Part shown: in pieces, positions 6,807 to 9,553 of the stretch | Layout: each line of letters begins with the position of its first letter | How positions within the stretch are numbered: position 1 is the first letter of the stretch | Source of the DNA: a virus | Lineage: Duplodnaviria; Heunggongvirae; Uroviricota; Caudoviricetes | DNA: 9,553 bases | IMG/VR virus record: IMGVR_UViG_648276671_000008 | Direction: 5' to 3' (one strand) | Program-made: the position numbers and the translations under genes | Notes under the pieces: model-generated | Seen by the model: the letters and a program-made list of their open reading frames with translations, nothing else | Told to the model about the DNA's origin: nothing | Databases searched by the model: none

Positions 6807-7835
6807 ATGGGATTGTTTACGACCCGCCAGTTACTCGGTTATACCGAACAAAAAGTGAAATTTCGTGCGCTGTTTCTGGAGCTGTTTTTCCGCCGTACAG
6901 TGAATTTCCATACCGAAGAGGTGATGCTGGACAAAATTACCGGAAAAACGCCGGTGGCGGCCTATGTCTCCCCGGTTGTTGAAGGAAAAGTGCTGCGTCA
7001 TCGTGGTGGTGAAACCCGCGTGTTGCGTCCGGGCTACGTCAAGCCGAAACACGAATTTAATTACCAGCAGGCGGTTGAGCGCCTTCCTGGTGAAGATCCA
7101 TCTCAACTGAATGATCCGGCTTACCGCCGTCTGCGTATCATTACCGATAACCTCAAACAGGAAGAGCACGCGATTGTCCAGGTGGAAGAAATGCAGGCGG
7201 TAAATGCTGTGTTGTATGGCAAATACACCATGGAAGGAGACCAGTTCGAGAAAATTGAGGTCGATTTTGGCAGGTCGACGAAGAATAACATCACTCAGGG
7301 TAGTGGTAAGGAGTGGTCAAAACAGGATCGTGACACGTTCGATCCTACACATGATCTTGACCTCTACTGCGACCAGGCCAGCGGTCTTGTGAATATTGCC
7401 ATTATGGACGGTACCGTCTGGCGTCTTCTGAATGGTTTTAAGCTGTTCCGCGAAAAACTGGATACCCGTCGCGGTTCAAATTCTCAACTCGAAACGGCAG
7501 TGAAAGATCTGGGCGCAGTGGTGTCCTTCAAGGGGTATTACGGCGATCTGGCCATTGTTGTGGCGAAAACGTCTTATATAGCAGAAGACGGTATCGAAAA
7601 ACGTTATCTTCCAGATAGCATGCTGGTTCTGGGGAATACTGCTGCAGATGGGATCCGTTGTTACGGTGCCATTCAGGATGCTCAGGCGTTGTCCGAAGGT
7701 GTGGTGGCCTCTTCCCGTTATCCGAAACACTGGCTGACGGTGGGGGATCCCGCCCGTGAATTTACCATGACGCAGTCCGCGCCGCTGATGGTGTTGCCGG
7801 ACCCGGATGAGTTTGTGGTGGTACAGGTGAAATAA
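6807..7835 (+). CDS. E: Major capsid protein gpE-like
   Basis: 342 aa (lambda gpE is 341 aa). Matches throughout: TTRQLL…EQKVKF, PGYVKPKHE, DPAYRRLRII, VEEMQAV, GKYTM, KLDTRRGSNSQLETAVKDLG, LPDSMLVLGNT, ARYPKHW, GDPAREFTMTQSAPLMVLPDPDEFV. AAAGGAA RBS before ATG 6807. Confidence 0.95.
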   Translation: MGLFTTRQLLGYTEQKVKFRALFLELFFRRTVNFHTEEVMLDKITGKTPVAAYVSPVVEGKVLRHRGGETRVLRPGYVKPKHEFNYQQAVERLPGEDPSQLNDPAYRRLRIITDNLKQEEHAIVQVEEMQAVNAVLYGKYTMEGDQFEKIEVDFGRSTKNNITQGSGKEWSKQDRDTFDPTHDLDLYCDQASGLVNIAIMDGTVWRLLNGFKLFREKLDTRRGSNSQLETAVKDLGAVVSFKGYYGDLAIVVAKTSYIAEDGIEKRYLPDSMLVLGNTAADGIRCYGAIQDAQALSEGVVASSRYPKHWLTVGDPAREFTMTQSAPLMVLPDPDEFVVVQVK

Positions 7836-7842
7836 TCCGTGA

Positions 7843-7872
7843 GCGGGGGCGAAATGCCCCCGTGTCTTTTTT
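7843..7872 (+). terminator. Rho-independent terminator-like hairpin immediately downstream of E
   Basis: GCGGGGGC-GAAAT-GCCCCCG forms a GC-rich stem (perfect 6-bp GGGGGC/GCCCCC core, 5-nt loop) followed by GTCTTTTTT. It starts 8 nt after the E stop codon and ends 15 nt before the FI start. Confidence 0.5.
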
Positions 7873-7886
7873 CACAGGGGGCTGAT

Positions 7887-8261
7887 ATGGCAACGAAAGA
7901 GCAAAATCTGAAACGGCTTGATGAACTGGCCCTGATTCTGGGGCGTGAGCCGGATATATCCGGGAGTGCCGCAGAGATAGCGCAGCGGGTGGCGGAATGG
8001 GAAGAGGAAATGCAGTCATCCGGCGATGATGTACAGGTTATGAATATGGATATCCGGGAGCGGGAAACTGCGGCTCATGATGTTCGTGAGGATACATCCG
8101 GTGCGTTAACGCGCATCAGAGTTCTGACCTGCCTCCATCTCTGTGGCATTGATGGTGAAACAGGAGAATCCGTTGAGCTTGCGGATGTTGGTCGCGTGAT
8201 TCTGATTATGTCCTCAGATGCAAAAACACACGTTGATGGCGGAATGGCTGTTTATGCGTGA
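7887..8261 (+). CDS. FI: DNA-packaging / head assembly protein gpFI-like
   Basis: 124 aa starting MATKEQNLKRL…, with AGGGGG 6 nt upstream. Position between E and FII, size and acidic central region fit lambda FI (132 aa), but sequence similarity is weaker than for neighbours. The track's 7839 GTG start would run through the hairpin and is rejected. Confidence 0.65.
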   Translation: MATKEQNLKRLDELALILGREPDISGSAAEIAQRVAEWEEEMQSSGDDVQVMNMDIRERETAAHDVREDTSGALTRIRVLTCLHLCGIDGETGESVELADVGRVILIMSSDAKTHVDGGMAVYA

Positions 8262-8607
8262 TTTTCAGAATGCCTTTGATGCTGCCCTTGCCGGGGTGGA
8301 CAGCGCGATTGTTGAAGTGATGGGGCTCTGTGCACAGTTCACCTCGGGGGCACAGTGTGGCGGAGAAGTTCAGGGGGTTTTTGACGATCCGGAGTCGCTG
8401 GGATTTGCCGGTAGCGGGGTCCGTATTGAAGGAAGCAGCCCGTCATTATTTGTGCGGACGGATACGGTTCGTGCTGTGCGGCGTGGTGACACGCTGACCA
8501 TTAATGGTGAGACGTTCTGGGTGGATCGTGTTTCTCCGGATGACGGGGGCAGCTGTTATCTCTGTCTCAACCGTGGGCAACCACCCGCAGTTAACCGGCG
8601 ACGATAA
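8254..8607 (+). CDS. FII: Head-tail connector protein gpFII-like
   Basis: From ATG 8254 (MRDFQNAFDAAL…; lambda FII starts MADFDNLFDAA…). C-terminal region GVFDDPESLGFAGSGVRIEGSSPSLFVRTDTVRAVRRGDTLTINGETFWVDRVSPDDGGSCYLCLNRGQPPAVNRRR is nearly collinear with lambda FII. Start overlaps the FI stop (ATGCGTGA). Confidence 0.85.
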   Translation: MRDFQNAFDAALAGVDSAIVEVMGLCAQFTSGAQCGGEVQGVFDDPESLGFAGSGVRIEGSSPSLFVRTDTVRAVRRGDTLTINGETFWVDRVSPDDGGSCYLCLNRGQPPAVNRRR

Positions 8608-8621
8608 ACACAGGGTGAATT

Positions 8622-9155
8622 ATGGCGATAAAAGGGCTTGATCAGGCGATTGAAAATCTGAGCAGGGTTCGTAAAAACGCCATTCCGGCGGCTTCATCAA
8701 TGGCTATTAACCGCGTGGCTACAACAGCGATTAATCAGTCTTCATCACAGGTTGCCCGGGAGACCAGGGTGAGCCGGAAACTGGTAAAGGAACGGTCCAG
8801 ACTGAAACGGGCGACGGTCAGAAATCCGAATGCCAAAATTATCGTTAACCGCGGTGATCTCCCAGTGATTAAGCTGGGGATCAGGATGCTGGGCCGTCGT
8901 CCGAACAGCATACTTAAAGCTGGTCAGCATCGGTATCAGCGGGCATTTATTCAGCGATTAAAAAATGGTCGCTGGCATGTCATGCAGCGTGTGGCCGGGA
9001 AAAACCGTTACCCCATTGATGTGGTGAAAATCCCGATGGCGGCCCCACTGAAACAGGCGTTTGATGAAAATGTTGACCGTATCCGTCGTGAACGCCTGTC
9101 CAAAGAACTGGCATATGCGCTGAAACAACAACTGAGGATTGCGATAAAGCGATGA
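8622..9155 (+). CDS. Z: Tail completion protein gpZ-like
   Basis: 177 aa; MAIKGLDQAIENLSR…AINRVA…SQVARETRVSRKLVKERSRLKRATV…NRGDLPVIKLG…LKNGRWHVMQRVAGKNRYPIDVVKIPMA…RIRRERL matches lambda gpZ, with a shorter central basic region. Confidence 0.9.
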   Translation: MAIKGLDQAIENLSRVRKNAIPAASSMAINRVATTAINQSSSQVARETRVSRKLVKERSRLKRATVRNPNAKIIVNRGDLPVIKLGIRMLGRRPNSILKAGQHRYQRAFIQRLKNGRWHVMQRVAGKNRYPIDVVKIPMAAPLKQAFDENVDRIRRERLSKELAYALKQQLRIAIKR

Positions 9156-9547
9156 AACATACTGAACTCCGTGCAGCCGTACTGGATGCACTGGAGAAGC
9201 ATGACACCGGGGCGACGTTTTTTGATGGTCGCCCCGTTGTTTTTGATGAGGCGGATTTTCCGGCAGTTGCCGTTTATCTCACCGGCGCTGAATACACGGG
9301 CGAAGAGCTGGACAGCGATACCTGGCAGGCAGAACTGCATATTGAAGTTTTCCTGCCTGCTCAGGTGCCGGATTCAGAGCTGGATGCGTGGATGGAGTCC
9401 CGGATTTATCCGGTGATGAGCGATATCCCGGCACTGTCAGATTTGATCACCAGTATGGTGGCCAGTGGCTATGACTACCGGCGCGACGATGATGTGGGCC
9501 TGTGGAGTTCAGCCGATCTGACTTATGTCATTACCTATGAAATGTGA
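9152..9547 (+). CDS. U: Tail terminator protein gpU-like
   Basis: 131 aa; MKHTELRAAVLDALEKHDTGATFFDGRP…AVYLTGAEYTGEELDSDTWQAELHIEVFLPAQVPDSELDAWMESRIYPVMSDIPALSDLITSMVASGYDYRRDD…LWSSADLTYVITYEM is essentially the lambda gpU sequence as I recall it. Start overlaps the Z stop (ATGA). Confidence 0.93.
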   Translation: MKHTELRAAVLDALEKHDTGATFFDGRPVVFDEADFPAVAVYLTGAEYTGEELDSDTWQAELHIEVFLPAQVPDSELDAWMESRIYPVMSDIPALSDLITSMVASGYDYRRDDDVGLWSSADLTYVITYEM

Positions 9548-9553
9548 GGACGA

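Noticed and set aside
7839-7886. GTG 7839 as the FI start (track ORF 7839..8261)
   Set aside because: That N-terminal extension would be translated through the terminator-like hairpin and has no RBS. ATG 7887 has a good RBS and yields an FI-sized product.
8218-8253. ATG 8218 or 8236 as the FII start
   Set aside because: The start at 8254 aligns with the lambda FII N-terminus and gives the typical stop/start overlap with FI. The upstream starts lie well inside FI.
1-9553. Novel defence system, CRISPR array, tRNA/rRNA or IS element
   Set aside because: Looked for direct repeat arrays, terminal inverted repeats, cloverleaf-sized structured RNAs and non-structural ORFs. The window is fully accounted for by contiguous lambdoid packaging, head and tail-completion genes.

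Overview
This window is a canonical lambda-like (lambdoid siphophage) DNA-packaging and head-morphogenesis module, all on the + strand and in lambda gene order: a 3' fragment of an unidentified upstream ORF, an intact joined cos site (cosQ-cosN-cosB), then nu1, A, W, B, C (with nested nu3), D, E, FI, FII, Z and U. Gene calls rest on reading the six-frame translations against the lambda proteins as I remember them; no search was run. Genes are tightly packed with overlapping stop/start codons. I see no rRNA, tRNA, CRISPR array, IS element or recognisable defence or toxin system, and I do not think this window supports a claim of a novel system. The observations worth a second look are: (1) cosQ and cosN match lambda but cosB and the Nu1 DNA-binding N-terminus are diverged, with a clean R3-(AT-rich)-R2-R1 repeat architecture; (2) three diverged tandem copies of a ~45-50 aa motif in the C/Nu3 scaffold region; (3) a strong terminator-like hairpin directly after the major capsid gene E; (4) a perfect 18-bp palindrome between D and E; (5) uneven, mosaic conservation across the module; (6) an unidentified ORF fragment in the cargo-prone slot upstream of cos.
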